A stretch of DNA of 64,000 bases from an uncultured Candidatus Saccharibacteria bacterium. Lineage in GTDB: Bacteria > Patescibacteriota > Minisyncoccia > Phycocordibacterales > UBA2100. The notes beneath the pieces were generated by a model that was not told where the DNA came from, made no database searches, and saw nothing but the letters and a program-made list of their open reading frames with translations. Positions 37,709 through 47,698 of this stretch are shown one piece after another (the stretch's first letter is position 1; every line of letters begins with the position of its first letter). A program made the position numbers and the translations under genes. The stretch lies in NCBI GenBank assembly GCA_964512835.1, contig CAZELA010000001.1:425372-489371 (forward strand), in the 5' to 3' direction.

Positions 37709-38209
37709 TCACCACTCCGCCACTTCGTTTCGTATCCCATCGCGATAGGATTCGATGCGGCGGCGGTTGCCGGGAGACAGATCGTCCGGTAGCGAGTCCA
37801 GGTCGAACCACGACCGCGCCATGATCTCCAGATTCGGGCGCATCGCAATGTCACCCGAAAAGTCGCCTGTATAAAAGAATGTAACCCGATCGGCCTTACC
37901 GAGCTTTCCGGTGTAGGTGCCGATCTCTCCCGCAATTGAATTAATAGTGAGTCCTGTCTCTTCCCTCCCCTCGCGCATTGCAGCTTCCTCGGGTGTTTCG
38001 CTTTTGTTCACTCCACCGCCGGGCAATGTCCACGCAAACGGCGCGTACCAATGCGATACAAGCAGTACGCGTCGCTCATCCACAATGATCAGGCGCACGC
38101 CGTGCGAATCGGTGTCGCCGCGCATCACACCAATGCCGTAGCGCGTGTAGTGCACAGTATTGATGATCGAAACAGAAAGCAGCATCCCTAGCTTGCGGAC
38201 TATTTTCAT
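37709..38209 (-). CDS. NUDIX hydrolase
   Basis: Nudix box GGGVNKSETPEEAAMREGREETGL (Gx5Ex7REUxEExGU). Confidence 0.8.
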   Translation of the reverse strand: MKIVRKLGMLLSVSIINTVHYTRYGIGVMRGDTDSHGVRLIIVDERRVLLVSHWYAPFAWTLPGGGVNKSETPEEAAMREGREETGLTINSIAGEIGTYTGKLGKADRVTFFYTGDFSGDIAMRPNLEIMARSWFDLDSLPDDLSPGNRRRIESYRDGIRNEVAEW

Positions 38210-38221
38210 ATACAGTCAGTG

Positions 38222-38992
38222 TTATACGTGTTTCGTAAGCTCGATACACATAAAGAGCGGAAACTCTTTGCGCGCCGTGTCTTCCGCCAGACTTCGCGGA
38301 CCCCTCTCACTTTTCTTGTGTGAGATCCACTCTTCCAGTCGGGTAATCGCAAACCCGCCGTTTGCAAACGCTTTCATATAATCCTGCATTGATCGATGAA
38401 ACGACCATGTCGAGGCCGCCGTCTTTTTTCCCGGCGTCATGTCGATCGCCGCTCGGGATTGCGACAAATAGCTATCGACACGTCGATACTGCACTTTTTC
38501 CTTGTCATCCCACCCCCATGCGGTCTGCTTCGGAATGCGGAACGCGGGATGATTTAACACAAACACAGCCCGCCCTTTCGGCTTCAAAACACGTGAGCAC
38601 TCTTTCATGACAGCATCGAGCTTCTCCATATTTTGAAGAGCGAGTACACAGGTCAGCGAATCAAAGTATCCGCTCTTTACACCGAGCATTGCCTCTGCCG
38701 GCGTTACGTGAAAGGTAATGTCCGGAGACGCGTGTTTCGCCTTGGCGATCAATTCTTTTGCGATATCTGCGCCTTCTACATACGCACCCGACGCGTCGAT
38801 CAATCGCGTAAAGTACCCCTCTCCGCACCCGATATCGAGCACACGCATCCCCTGCTTAGGAGCCAGAATGCGCATCAAATTCGGAGCGATGACTTTCGCG
38901 TGGTAGGTGTCGTCACCTTTCAGGTGCTCTTCGTACCATGCGGCAACACCGCCCCACGATGTTTTCTTGTCGGTATTCTTTTTTGTAGCCAT
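38222..38992 (-). CDS. class I SAM-dependent methyltransferase
   Basis: Motif I VLDIGCGEGYF and post-I acidic residue. 256 aa. Confidence 0.75.
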   Translation of the reverse strand: MATKKNTDKKTSWGGVAAWYEEHLKGDDTYHAKVIAPNLMRILAPKQGMRVLDIGCGEGYFTRLIDASGAYVEGADIAKELIAKAKHASPDITFHVTPAEAMLGVKSGYFDSLTCVLALQNMEKLDAVMKECSRVLKPKGRAVFVLNHPAFRIPKQTAWGWDDKEKVQYRRVDSYLSQSRAAIDMTPGKKTAASTWSFHRSMQDYMKAFANGGFAITRLEEWISHKKSERGPRSLAEDTARKEFPLFMCIELTKHV

Positions 38993-38998
38993 AGCTAC

Positions 38999-39589
38999 TT
39001 ACTTGAACGGTATTTCGTACTGCATGAATTCCGGAAGAAGTTTGCGGCCGTACAAAAGGCGCGAGATCACCTCCGCGTGCGACAGGGCGCCGGTCAGTGC
39101 ATTGTGGGGATTCGGTTCCTCGGGGATGCCGCAGTAGTTGAGCACGGCATCAAGATTAAGCGCCGAACGTCGATGTTGTACCGGCGGCTGCATTCCCCGC
39201 TTAACCATGTGCATATAGCACAGTGTATGTGTATCGATAGTGCGGAACGCGAACGGCCAGTCGGTATGCCCGGCTCGCTCTGCAGCCTCGCGCATAAAAT
39301 CACGATCGAACGATACGTTCTGTCCGGCAAACGTACGCTCCTCGACATCTTTAGACCAATCCAGAAACGCATGCGTGAGGTCCGCCTCGCTCGGCTTCGA
39401 CGGGTCTTTGATCTGCTCCTCCGTAAACCCGTTCACACGCATTGCGTCCGGCATGATGTGCGCACCGTCCCAAATGCGACATTCCATATAAAATCGATTC
39501 TCCGGATGCAAAATATCGAGCGCTCCTACGCTTACGATCGAATGCTTTTTGGAATCCGTTCCCGATGCTTCAACGTCAATTACAATCAT
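38999..39589 (-). CDS. DEDDh 3'-5' exonuclease domain protein (DnaQ/epsilon-like)
   Basis: Exo I motif VIDVEASG, Exo II-region and Exo III HNALTGALSHAEV. 196 aa. Confidence 0.7.
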   Translation of the reverse strand: MIVIDVEASGTDSKKHSIVSVGALDILHPENRFYMECRIWDGAHIMPDAMRVNGFTEEQIKDPSKPSEADLTHAFLDWSKDVEERTFAGQNVSFDRDFMREAAERAGHTDWPFAFRTIDTHTLCYMHMVKRGMQPPVQHRRSALNLDAVLNYCGIPEEPNPHNALTGALSHAEVISRLLYGRKLLPEFMQYEIPFK

Positions 39590-39615
39590 GCGCGTCAGTA
39601 TAGCCCGAGGCTGTA

Positions 39616-40053
39616 TTATTCCGAACCGCCGGCTTTTGGCATTCCCCTGCAGTTCTTGGCAGGTGTGTACCCCGCCGCCTGTGCCGACTTTTCATCCATG
39701 AACCATCGCCGCAGATCCGGCGCTATTTTTAGGGCGTCCGTGCACCAGGGAAAGTAGTAATACGACCCGGTCTTAGCGGCTACATATGCCCCGGCAATCG
39801 GCCCCGAAAGAGGGTCCCCCGGTCCTGCCCCACCCCCTCCGAGCGACGAGCCTGGAGAGGCGGTATTTTGGACCACCACAGCGTTTTGAGGGGTATTCTG
39901 TACAGAGAGCCGCCCAAGCCCAAAAGCGCCCGTTACGGCCAAAATAACCACAAAAAACAGCCCCCAGTCCCCTAAAAGGGTCCGGGAAGCGCCCCCGGCC
40001 ATAGCCCGGCTTCGGACCTTGATTTTTAGGCCTATTTCTCGTATACTCCGCAC
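39616..40053 (-). CDS. small membrane-anchored protein with C-terminal Ada-like Cys-containing metal-binding-type motif
   Basis: TM anchor (LFFVVILAVTGAFGL) and a Gly-rich linker. The C-terminus YYYFPWCTDALKIAPDLRRWFMDEKSAQAAGYTPAKNCRG resembles the YH..C...N..F.S..EA..AGYRPCK.C pattern. The start is likely internal (MAGGAS, about 40002). Confidence 0.35.
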   Translation of the reverse strand: MRSIREIGLKIKVRSRAMAGGASRTLLGDWGLFFVVILAVTGAFGLGRLSVQNTPQNAVVVQNTASPGSSLGGGGAGPGDPLSGPIAGAYVAAKTGSYYYFPWCTDALKIAPDLRRWFMDEKSAQAAGYTPAKNCRGMPKAGGSE

Positions 40054-40096
40054 AACTCAGTATCGCACGTCGGTCCGGGTAATTTAAAGTAACAAT

Positions 40097-40369
40097 ATGG
40101 CACATACAAAAGCTGGTGGTTCAGCCAAAAACCTACGCGATTCAAATCCGAAGTTTCTCGGTGTTAAGCGTGCAGACGGCCAGGCCGTCGGCATCGGTGA
40201 AGTTATCGTCCGACAGCGCGGCACCGCGATCATGGCCGGTAAGAACATCGGTGTCGGTAAAGACCACACCCTCTTTGCGCTTTCTGCCGGAAAAGTGAAA
40301 TTCCGAAGCGCACGTAAGACGAACTTCGACGGCCGCTCGGTTGTCCGACGCGTCGTAGACGTCATCTAA
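40097..40369 (+). CDS. rpmA: 50S ribosomal protein L27
   Basis: [31 protein letters not shown]...GKDHTLFAL is the L27 consensus. Confidence 0.9.
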   Translation: MAHTKAGGSAKNLRDSNPKFLGVKRADGQAVGIGEVIVRQRGTAIMAGKNIGVGKDHTLFALSAGKVKFRSARKTNFDGRSVVRRVVDVI

Positions 40370-40421
40370 CTCATACCATCGCGCAAAAGACCGCCGACAG
40401 GCGGTCTTTTTGTTTGCTGCA

Positions 40422-40871
40422 CTAGGCAGCGAGTCCTTTGACGATAACCGTCAGTTTCGACTGGCTTTTTCCGAACTTGATCGTCAGATTATGCTCGCCC
40501 GCCTCGCGAATGGACCCGTTGATCATGACCGCGCTCGGCGGAACCGTTGCGCCGAAGATTTTTTGGATCTCAGCAATGATCACATCCTGGCCGAGCTGTT
40601 TATACAGATGACCGTGTTCATTGGTTCGGACGTGCACGGCAAACTTTGCACCGTTCAACCGGGCGGCGAGCGCCTCGTTTTCCTTGTCGCGCTCCGCGGT
40701 TTCCGCCGCAGCAATCTTCTGGTTCTTTTGGTGCGTCGCAATTTTCTCCGGCGTTGCCTGTTCGGCCAAACCCTGCGGTATCAAAAAATTGAGAGCGTAC
40801 CCGTCGGATACATCTTTTATCGTTCCCCGCTGACCGACACCGCCTACGTCTTTTTTGAATAGCACCTTCAT
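40422..40871 (-). CDS. rplI: 50S ribosomal protein L9
   Basis: [36 protein letters not shown] is the L9 N-domain. Confidence 0.9.
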   Translation of the reverse strand: MKVLFKKDVGGVGQRGTIKDVSDGYALNFLIPQGLAEQATPEKIATHQKNQKIAAAETAERDKENEALAARLNGAKFAVHVRTNEHGHLYKQLGQDVIIAEIQKIFGATVPPSAVMINGSIREAGEHNLTIKFGKSQSKLTVIVKGLAA

Positions 40872-40936
40872 GATGCCAGTGTACTTATTCCGGTCGGCAG
40901 TTCAAGTGAAGTCCGCGTGAGAGCGCGCCTCGCGAA

Positions 40937-42195
40937 CTAGCGCGTCGACGTCGCAGCCTTGCTGGCCGCCCTGACGCCGAGGATCTCAAGCGCTTTATCG
41001 AGCTGCGGATCTTTGCCCGCTTTAACATCTTCCTCGGTAATTTTCACTTCGTAATCAGGAACGATACCCGTGAGCGGTATCTGGTGCCCGTCCGGACCAA
41101 GCCAGCGCGCAACCGTTATCTTCAAAGAAGTGTCATCCGAGATGTCGATAAGTTCCTGAACAGAACCCTTGCCGAACGAATTGGTTCCGACGAGCTTTGC
41201 TCCTGTGTTCTGCCGCATTGCTCCCGCGAAGATCTCCGAAGCGGACGCAGAGCCTTTATCCATGAGGATGACCACTTTGAGATTCTTGTCGAAAATGTTG
41301 TACCCCATCGATCGATGCACTATGTTGTCCTCGTGTCCTGCGTAATCCTCCGTCACCACAATCTTCCCGGCCGGCATAAACCAACTCGACATCTTGACCG
41401 CCGCTTCCAGGTAGCCGCCCGGATTGCCGCGCATGTCGATGATCAGTTTATTTGATCCCGACTGCACGAACTCGCGAAGGGCGTTGCGGAACAACTCGGG
41501 CGAATTCGATGTAAAAGTGGCGACGGAAATAACGAACACACCATCCGGACGTTTTGTCGTATTTACGATTGGTACGTTAATGACCTGACGCGTCACCTTG
41601 ATTTCTTTCGGCTCACCCCAACCTTCACGCATCGTCAAAAGCCGAACTTGCGTGCCGCGCGGTCCGCGGATCAGCTTGATCGCAGCATCGACCTCCATCC
41701 CCTCGGTCGACGTGTCGTCAATCTCCAAGATGCGATCGCCGCTTTTTATACCGGCACGCTCTGCCGGCGTACCCTTGAGCGGAGTTACCACAGTCAGGAT
41801 CTGGTCTTTGATTGCAACCTCCATTCCCACCCCCTCGAACAGACCGCTCATATCTTCGGCAAATTGGGTCGCCTCTTGCGGCGGCATAAAATACGTGTAC
41901 GGATCTCCGAGCGACGACGCAAGCCCTTCGATCATTCCATAGACCCGCTCCCGATCACGCTCTGCGGTCGTAGAAGCCTGCTTGGTCGTTGACGCGACCG
42001 ATGCGGGGACGAATTTCTCATCAATTAGCTGCCACGCTTTCCATACCGGCGAAAAATCGACATTCTCCGGAGCACCTGCGCTTGCAAGCGATGCGGTACT
42101 GTTTGAACCGGCTTCGTAGCCTCCTATCACACCGACTATCAAGATGAGGAGCCCGAGTCCGATCGCGGAGCTCAACGGAACGACTCGGTTTTTCA
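40937..42195 (-). CDS. ctpA: carboxyl-terminal processing protease, S41 family (PDZ + S41)
   Basis: PDZ (AERAGIKSGDRILEIDD) and an S41 catalytic region (GNPGGYL; DKGSASASEIFAGA). A likely start is MKNRVV at 42195, though the ORF is open to 42361. Confidence 0.8.
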
Positions 42196-42278
42196 TTGCG
42201 GCATTATCGCACAGCGGACATGTGCAACAAAGTGAATATGCGTGCTCGCACAGCTGCGCACACGGTATACTGTCGGGG

Positions 42279-43190
42279 ATGCTTTCACGCCACAACCACA
42301 ACGGAGTCGTGTGGATCGATCTTTTGTCGCCCACGGCAAAAGAGGTCGCCGACATCGCCATCGAGTTTGATCTCGATCACACGACCGCAGAAGAATTGCT
42401 GCTGCCTTCGCTTAAGCCCCGCGTTGACTTTAATGAGAAGTGGATCTATCTCATTCTCCATTTTCCGGCGCTGCGACACGGCCGCAAAACAAAGGAGCAA
42501 GAAGTCGATTTTGTCGTCGGAGAAAAGTTCATCATCACGACGCACTATGATGCCGTTGATCCGCTTCATAAGTTTTCCAAGGTATTCGAGGCAAACAGTA
42601 TGCTCGATCGTTCCCACATGGGAGAACACGCGGGGTTTTTGCTTTTTTACATGCTCAAGAATCTATACAAGGCCGTCGATCACGAGGGAGAATATATCCG
42701 CCGAGAGCTCGCCCACATCGAGGAGCACGTTTTCACCGGTCACGAAGTGGCGATGGTTGAAGCAATATCAAAAAGCGCCCGCGATCTTTTGAATCTACGC
42801 CAGGCCATTGAACCGCACCGAGAGGTACTCCACGACCTCGAGACAAACGGATCCAAGTTTTTCGGCACTGACTTCGTTCCGTTCCTAAAAGGTATGTCCA
42901 ACGAGTACTACCGAGTGCACAACCACATAATGCGAAACACGGAATCACTCCATGAGCTCCGCGAGACTAATAATTCCCTCCTGACCACTAAGCAGAACGA
43001 GACCATGCGCGTTCTCACGATTATGGCGTTGCTTACATTTCCGCTTGCGCTGTTCGTCGCGATCATCGACACGGATACCGTGGATAATCCGGTCCGTCAT
43101 ATTCCGCACGGATTTTGGATGCTTGTCCTTGCGGTCGTTTCGGCCGGATGGTTTATGTTTTGGTATTTCAAGCACCGAAAGTGGCTCTAA
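42279..43190 (+). CDS. corA: CorA family magnesium/cobalt transporter
   Basis: A cytoplasmic N-domain, two C-terminal TM helices and the near-canonical GMN-type loop region. Start chosen at ATG 42279. Confidence 0.7.
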   Translation: MLSRHNHNGVVWIDLLSPTAKEVADIAIEFDLDHTTAEELLLPSLKPRVDFNEKWIYLILHFPALRHGRKTKEQEVDFVVGEKFIITTHYDAVDPLHKFSKVFEANSMLDRSHMGEHAGFLLFYMLKNLYKAVDHEGEYIRRELAHIEEHVFTGHEVAMVEAISKSARDLLNLRQAIEPHREVLHDLETNGSKFFGTDFVPFLKGMSNEYYRVHNHIMRNTESLHELRETNNSLLTTKQNETMRVLTIMALLTFPLALFVAIIDTDTVDNPVRHIPHGFWMLVLAVVSAGWFMFWYFKHRKWL

Positions 43191-43217
43191 TACGGGATTT
43201 CGGTATACAATGTCTCG

Positions 43218-44738
43218 ATGAAGTTTTTCGGATTTACGAAGCTTTTCGCAAGCAAACCGGACCCGAAACCCCTCGAATCCGCGCTTCCTATCTTTTTGCA
43301 CAATACGCTCGGTAACGAGAAACAGACTTTCACCCTACCCTCTCGGGTACATACGGTGCGCATGTACAATTGCGGACCTACGGTCTACGGTCCGCAGCAC
43401 ATAGGCAATCTGTCTATGTTCGTTTTTACCGACGTTTTGAGACGTATGTTTGAGTACAACGGTTTCCCCGTTCAGCAGGTCATCAATTTCACCGACTTCG
43501 GTCATCTCTCCGGCGACAACGAAGGCAATGCTGATGAAGGAGAAGATCGCATGACCAAAGGGCTCAAGCGAGAAGGCATGAAGCCGACGCTCGAAAATAT
43601 GAAAATCCTTGCCGGTCGCTATGCGGAACTCTTTCTGCACAATCTGGGCGAGCTAAACATCAACACCCAAAAAATAACATTTCCGTATGCGAGCGAGTTC
43701 ATACCGGCGCAGATTGCAATGATCCGAGCACTCGAAGAGAAAAGCTATGCATACAAAACTAAGGACGGTGTGTATTTTGACACCTCGCAGTTCCCCGACT
43801 ACGGCAAGCTCGGCAATATCGATCTCGCCGGTCTTAAGGAAGGTGCCCGCATCGGTGTATCAGAGGCAAAGCGTAATCCGACCGACTTTTTGCTGTGGAA
43901 GTCCGATAAAAAAATCGGGTGGGAATCTCCGTGGGGCTTAGGCTTCCCGGGCTGGCACATCGAATGCTCTGCAATGATCCGCGCAACACTCGGAGAACAG
44001 ATTGATGTTCACACCGGCGGCATCGAACACATCCCGGTGCATCACAACAACGAAATCGCTCAATCCGAGTGTGCAACCGGCAAGAAGCCGCTTTCGCGAT
44101 TCTGGTTGCACCGCGCGCACATTCAAATAGACGGCGGTAAAATCGCAAAATCCAAAGGCAAAGCCATCTACCTAGCGGATGTGACGGCAAAAGGATTCCA
44201 TCCGATTGCGCTCAGATATCTGTTTCTGGGTGCCCACTACCGCACGTCGATGAATTTTACGTGGGATTCTCTAACGGCAGCGCAGAATGCGTATGCGCGC
44301 CTCGTTGCGACCCGACTTTCATTCGTTACCGAACCGGGCCCGGTTGCCGAATCGTTCCGCGCTCGTTTCAACGAGCGGATAAATGACGACCTCGATACCG
44401 CTGGAGCGATTGCAATTGTCTGGGAAATGCTCAAAGACGGCGATCTCGACAGTGCCTCAAAACTCTCGACACTGCTTGACTTTGACCGCGTACTCGGTCT
44501 GAATCTTGCGATACCGGACGCCGCAGCGATTGCACTTGCAAAGGCTGAGTCAAAAGATTATTTACAACCCGAGGAATATTCGGAACAGATTACCGACATA
44601 CTGACGCGGCGCGATGAGGCGCGCGCTCAAAAGAACTGGACGACAGCCGACGCGCTTCGCACAGAGCTTGATGTTCTTGGTCTTGGCGTAGAAGATGCGG
44701 AGAGCGGGGCTCGCGTATACCGCAAAGCGACAAAGTAG
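43218..44738 (+). CDS. cysS: cysteine--tRNA ligase
   Basis: YNCGPTVYGPQHIGN (HIGH), the Zn-binding Cys context, and KIAKSKG (KMSKS). 506 aa. Confidence 0.9.
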   Translation: MKFFGFTKLFASKPDPKPLESALPIFLHNTLGNEKQTFTLPSRVHTVRMYNCGPTVYGPQHIGNLSMFVFTDVLRRMFEYNGFPVQQVINFTDFGHLSGDNEGNADEGEDRMTKGLKREGMKPTLENMKILAGRYAELFLHNLGELNINTQKITFPYASEFIPAQIAMIRALEEKSYAYKTKDGVYFDTSQFPDYGKLGNIDLAGLKEGARIGVSEAKRNPTDFLLWKSDKKIGWESPWGLGFPGWHIECSAMIRATLGEQIDVHTGGIEHIPVHHNNEIAQSECATGKKPLSRFWLHRAHIQIDGGKIAKSKGKAIYLADVTAKGFHPIALRYLFLGAHYRTSMNFTWDSLTAAQNAYARLVATRLSFVTEPGPVAESFRARFNERINDDLDTAGAIAIVWEMLKDGDLDSASKLSTLLDFDRVLGLNLAIPDAAAIALAKAESKDYLQPEEYSEQITDILTRRDEARAQKNWTTADALRTELDVLGLGVEDAESGARVYRKATK

Positions 44739-47630
44739 TTACTCCGCAACAACAAAGTTCACGAGTTTCTTCGGGACCACAATAACTCGCGTAATAGTTT
44801 TCCCCACCAGGCGGCTCGTCATGACTTCTCGCGCATTAATCTCAAGATCCTCCTTCGTGGCGTCTTTTGATATCGTGAACTCGCCGCGCAACTTTCCGTT
44901 GATCTGAATTGCGATCGTTACATCATCGAATTCCAATTTACTCGGATCAGGTTCCGGGAATTTCTCAGTCAAAATCGACGTCTCCTTGCCGAGCACATCG
45001 TGCCACAACTCTTCGGTAATATGAGGTGCAAACGGCGACAACACCTTTAAGAAGTCGGCATAGATATCCGTGGTTACAGTCTGCTCCTTTTGTTCCATAA
45101 GATTCAACAAAGACATCATCTGACTTATTGCCGTATTGAACTTGAAGCCGTCAATATCTTCGCCGATCTTTTTGATCGCGATGTGCATCGAATTATCGAG
45201 GTACGCCGTGATGCCGACGCTCTCCGAGGCAGGCTGTACCTTCTCTTGCAGCTTCCAGACTCGTTCCAAAAATCGTCTTGATCCGATCATGCTCTGTGTG
45301 TTCCATGCAATGGAATCCTGGAACGGGCCCATGAACATTTCGTACACTCGCATCGTGTCGGCGCCGTACATTTCGACGATGTCGTCGGGATTAATCACAT
45401 TGCCGTAGCGCTTGCTCATTTTTCGTCCGTCTTCGGCCATAATGAGCCCCTGGTGTCGAAGTTTCAGGAACGGCTCATCGAAGTTTACATATCCCATATC
45501 GCGAAGCGCCTTGGTATAGAATCGGGCATACAACAAATGCAGAACCGTGTGCTCTGCGCCGCCGATGTACAGATCGACCGGCAGCCAATCACGCAAGACG
45601 TCTTGAGAGGCAAATTCCGTGTCGTTGTTCGGGTCCGCGAAGCGGAAAAAGTACCACGACGAGCACGCAAACGTGTCCATGGTATCGATCTCCGGCGTCC
45701 ATCCCTCACCGAATATCCTTTCCGTTCGCTCTTTTAGTTCTTTCGACGAGCCTAAGGGCGATGTGCCCTTCGGCAGGTACTCGACATCGGTCGGGAGGAG
45801 CCACGGTAAGTGCTGCTCAGGAATAGCATGCGGCACCCCCTCAGGGTCATACACGATCGGAATCGGGGCACCCCAGTATCGCTGCCTGGAGATCAGCCAG
45901 TCACGAATACGGTACGTTTTTTTCACGCGACCGAACTTCTCTGTCATTGCAACTTTCGCATCAGCGACCGACATCCCGTTAAATGCTCCCGAATTCACGA
46001 GGACCTGATCTTCGCCGTGCAGCGCGTCACTGTATGCGCCGACGCGACCCAGTGCGAGATCAAGGGCAAGCTGATTATTATGGAACAATCCTTGTTTCTG
46101 AGCCTCTTCGTAGGTCATCCAGCATGTGTCGTGTTTAGCGCGCTCCTCTTCGGACAGCGGGCCTTTTTGATCACTTTCGAGCTCCATCAAGATCGGCGTG
46201 TCGAGGCGGGCACGCCACTCAGCTTTGTGTTCTGCATAGTAGTGCGATTCAACCGCCAGCGGCGATACATAGACCGGACGCGCGCGGTACCCCGTCTCCT
46301 CGAGCACCTCACGAACTGCTGCGTCCTCCACACTCTCGCCTTCATCCACGCCGCCGATCACGTTCGAAAACCACTTATATTCCTTCCACTTAAGAAACAG
46401 CAGCCGACCGTCGTCGTTTCGGACGACTGCATTTATCGTATTGCGAAACACAGCGTCCGGCCGCTTGTTCTCGGGGCCAAATACAGGCATGACTACCTGT
46501 CGGATCGGGAGATCATAGGCTCGCGCAAACGCGTAATCTCTGTCGTCGTGTGCAGGCACCGCCATAATTGCGCCCGTACCATACTGAGCAAGCACGTAGT
46601 CAGCGATGAATAGTGGAATCCGCTCGTTGGTTGCGGGGTTGATGGCCATCACGCCTTTCAGTTGTACGCCGGTCTTCTCTTTGTCGGCAGCCATTCGTTC
46701 GATGTCCGCCTTTTTCTTCGACTGCGCTACATATGCGGCCACCTCGTCATTATTCTCGAGTACCGTTGCGTGGCCGAGCGCGAGCGTAACCCACTGATGC
46801 TCAGGAGCGAGCACAAGATATGTTGCGCCGAACAATGTATCCGGGCGCGTCGTAAAAACCGTAATGTGGGCCCGCATGCCGTTCTCGTCGGTTTTCGTAT
46901 TCACTGATTCATCGCCAAAATCGAGGAAGAAGTCGATTTCCGCGCCTTCTGATCGGCCGATCCAGTTCCGCTGATTGATCTTGGTAGATTCCGGCCAATC
47001 AATAGTGTCCAAATTGTCCGCAAGCTCATCCGCGTAGTCAGTGATCTTATAAAACCACTGCTCAAGATCTTTCTTTTCAACGACGGCACCCGAGCGCTCC
47101 GCAGTACCGTCCGGCAAAACCTGTTCATTCGCAAGGACAGTCTGGTCTACCGGATCCCAGTTTACGAGCGCTTTCTTTTTGTAGACGAGTCCTTTCTCAA
47201 AAAACTTCGTGAACAGCCACTGCGTCCAGCGGTAATAATCCGGGCGATGACTTCCTATCTCGTGCGCCCAGTCATAGGAAAGACCGAGATTCGATATTTG
47301 TGATTTGAATGTTGCGATGGACTCGTCAGTCGTCTGCTGCGGCGGCTTGCCGGTTTTGATCGCGTAGTTTTCCGCAGGAAGACCGAACGCATCCCAGCCC
47401 ATCGGATGCAGCACGCGATGACCCTCCATTCTTTTTTTTCGGGCTACGACATCCGAGCCGATGTAGCCCTTCGGATGCCCCACATGCAGTCCCGCGCCGG
47501 ACGGATACGGAAACATATCGAGCACATAGTATTTAGGCTTAGAGAGGTCCGTATCGGTTTTGTTAGCACCGGACTTTTCCCATTCTTTTTGCCATTTCTG
47601 CTCGACTTTTTTGTGGTCGTACGACTTCAT
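44739..47630 (-). CDS. leuS: leucine--tRNA ligase carrying an embedded NUDIX hydrolase domain (aa approx 392-515; nt 46086-46457)
   Basis: LeuRS HIGH (PYPSGAGLHVGHP), the CP1 editing domain (TRPDTLFGATY) and KMSKR are present. Between the CP1 C-terminus (YGTGAIMAVPAHDDRDYAFA) and the NSGxFNG region lies about 125 aa with a full Nudix box GGVDEGESVEDAAVREVLEETG. It is a single continuous 963 aa ORF. Confidence 0.85.
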   Translation of the reverse strand: MKSYDHKKVEQKWQKEWEKSGANKTDTDLSKPKYYVLDMFPYPSGAGLHVGHPKGYIGSDVVARKKRMEGHRVLHPMGWDAFGLPAENYAIKTGKPPQQTTDESIATFKSQISNLGLSYDWAHEIGSHRPDYYRWTQWLFTKFFEKGLVYKKKALVNWDPVDQTVLANEQVLPDGTAERSGAVVEKKDLEQWFYKITDYADELADNLDTIDWPESTKINQRNWIGRSEGAEIDFFLDFGDESVNTKTDENGMRAHITVFTTRPDTLFGATYLVLAPEHQWVTLALGHATVLENNDEVAAYVAQSKKKADIERMAADKEKTGVQLKGVMAINPATNERIPLFIADYVLAQYGTGAIMAVPAHDDRDYAFARAYDLPIRQVVMPVFGPENKRPDAVFRNTINAVVRNDDGRLLFLKWKEYKWFSNVIGGVDEGESVEDAAVREVLEETGYRARPVYVSPLAVESHYYAEHKAEWRARLDTPILMELESDQKGPLSEEERAKHDTCWMTYEEAQKQGLFHNNQLALDLALGRVGAYSDALHGEDQVLVNSGAFNGMSVADAKVAMTEKFGRVKKTYRIRDWLISRQRYWGAPIPIVYDPEGVPHAIPEQHLPWLLPTDVEYLPKGTSPLGSSKELKERTERIFGEGWTPEIDTMDTFACSSWYFFRFADPNNDTEFASQDVLRDWLPVDLYIGGAEHTVLHLLYARFYTKALRDMGYVNFDEPFLKLRHQGLIMAEDGRKMSKRYGNVINPDDIVEMYGADTMRVYEMFMGPFQDSIAWNTQSMIGSRRFLERVWKLQEKVQPASESVGITAYLDNSMHIAIKKIGEDIDGFKFNTAISQMMSLLNLMEQKEQTVTTDIYADFLKVLSPFAPHITEELWHDVLGKETSILTEKFPEPDPSKLEFDDVTIAIQINGKLRGEFTISKDATKEDLEINAREVMTSRLVGKTITRVIVVPKKLVNFVVAE

Positions 47631-47662
47631 TCAGACTAGCCTATCACGACTGCTCATGCGCG

Positions 47663-47688
47663 AAAAACCCCGCTATTGCGGGGTTTTT
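47663..47688. terminator. bidirectional rho-independent terminator
   Basis: AAAAA-CCCCGC-TATT-GCGGGG-TTTTT. Confidence 0.7.
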
Positions 47689-47698
47689 CAAATGGGAG

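Noticed and set aside
38633-39757. 374 aa plus-strand ORF opposite the SAM-methyltransferase and DEDD exonuclease genes
   Set aside because: The minus-strand genes carry clear motif I (VLDIGCGEG) and Exo I/III motifs. The plus-strand frame has none.
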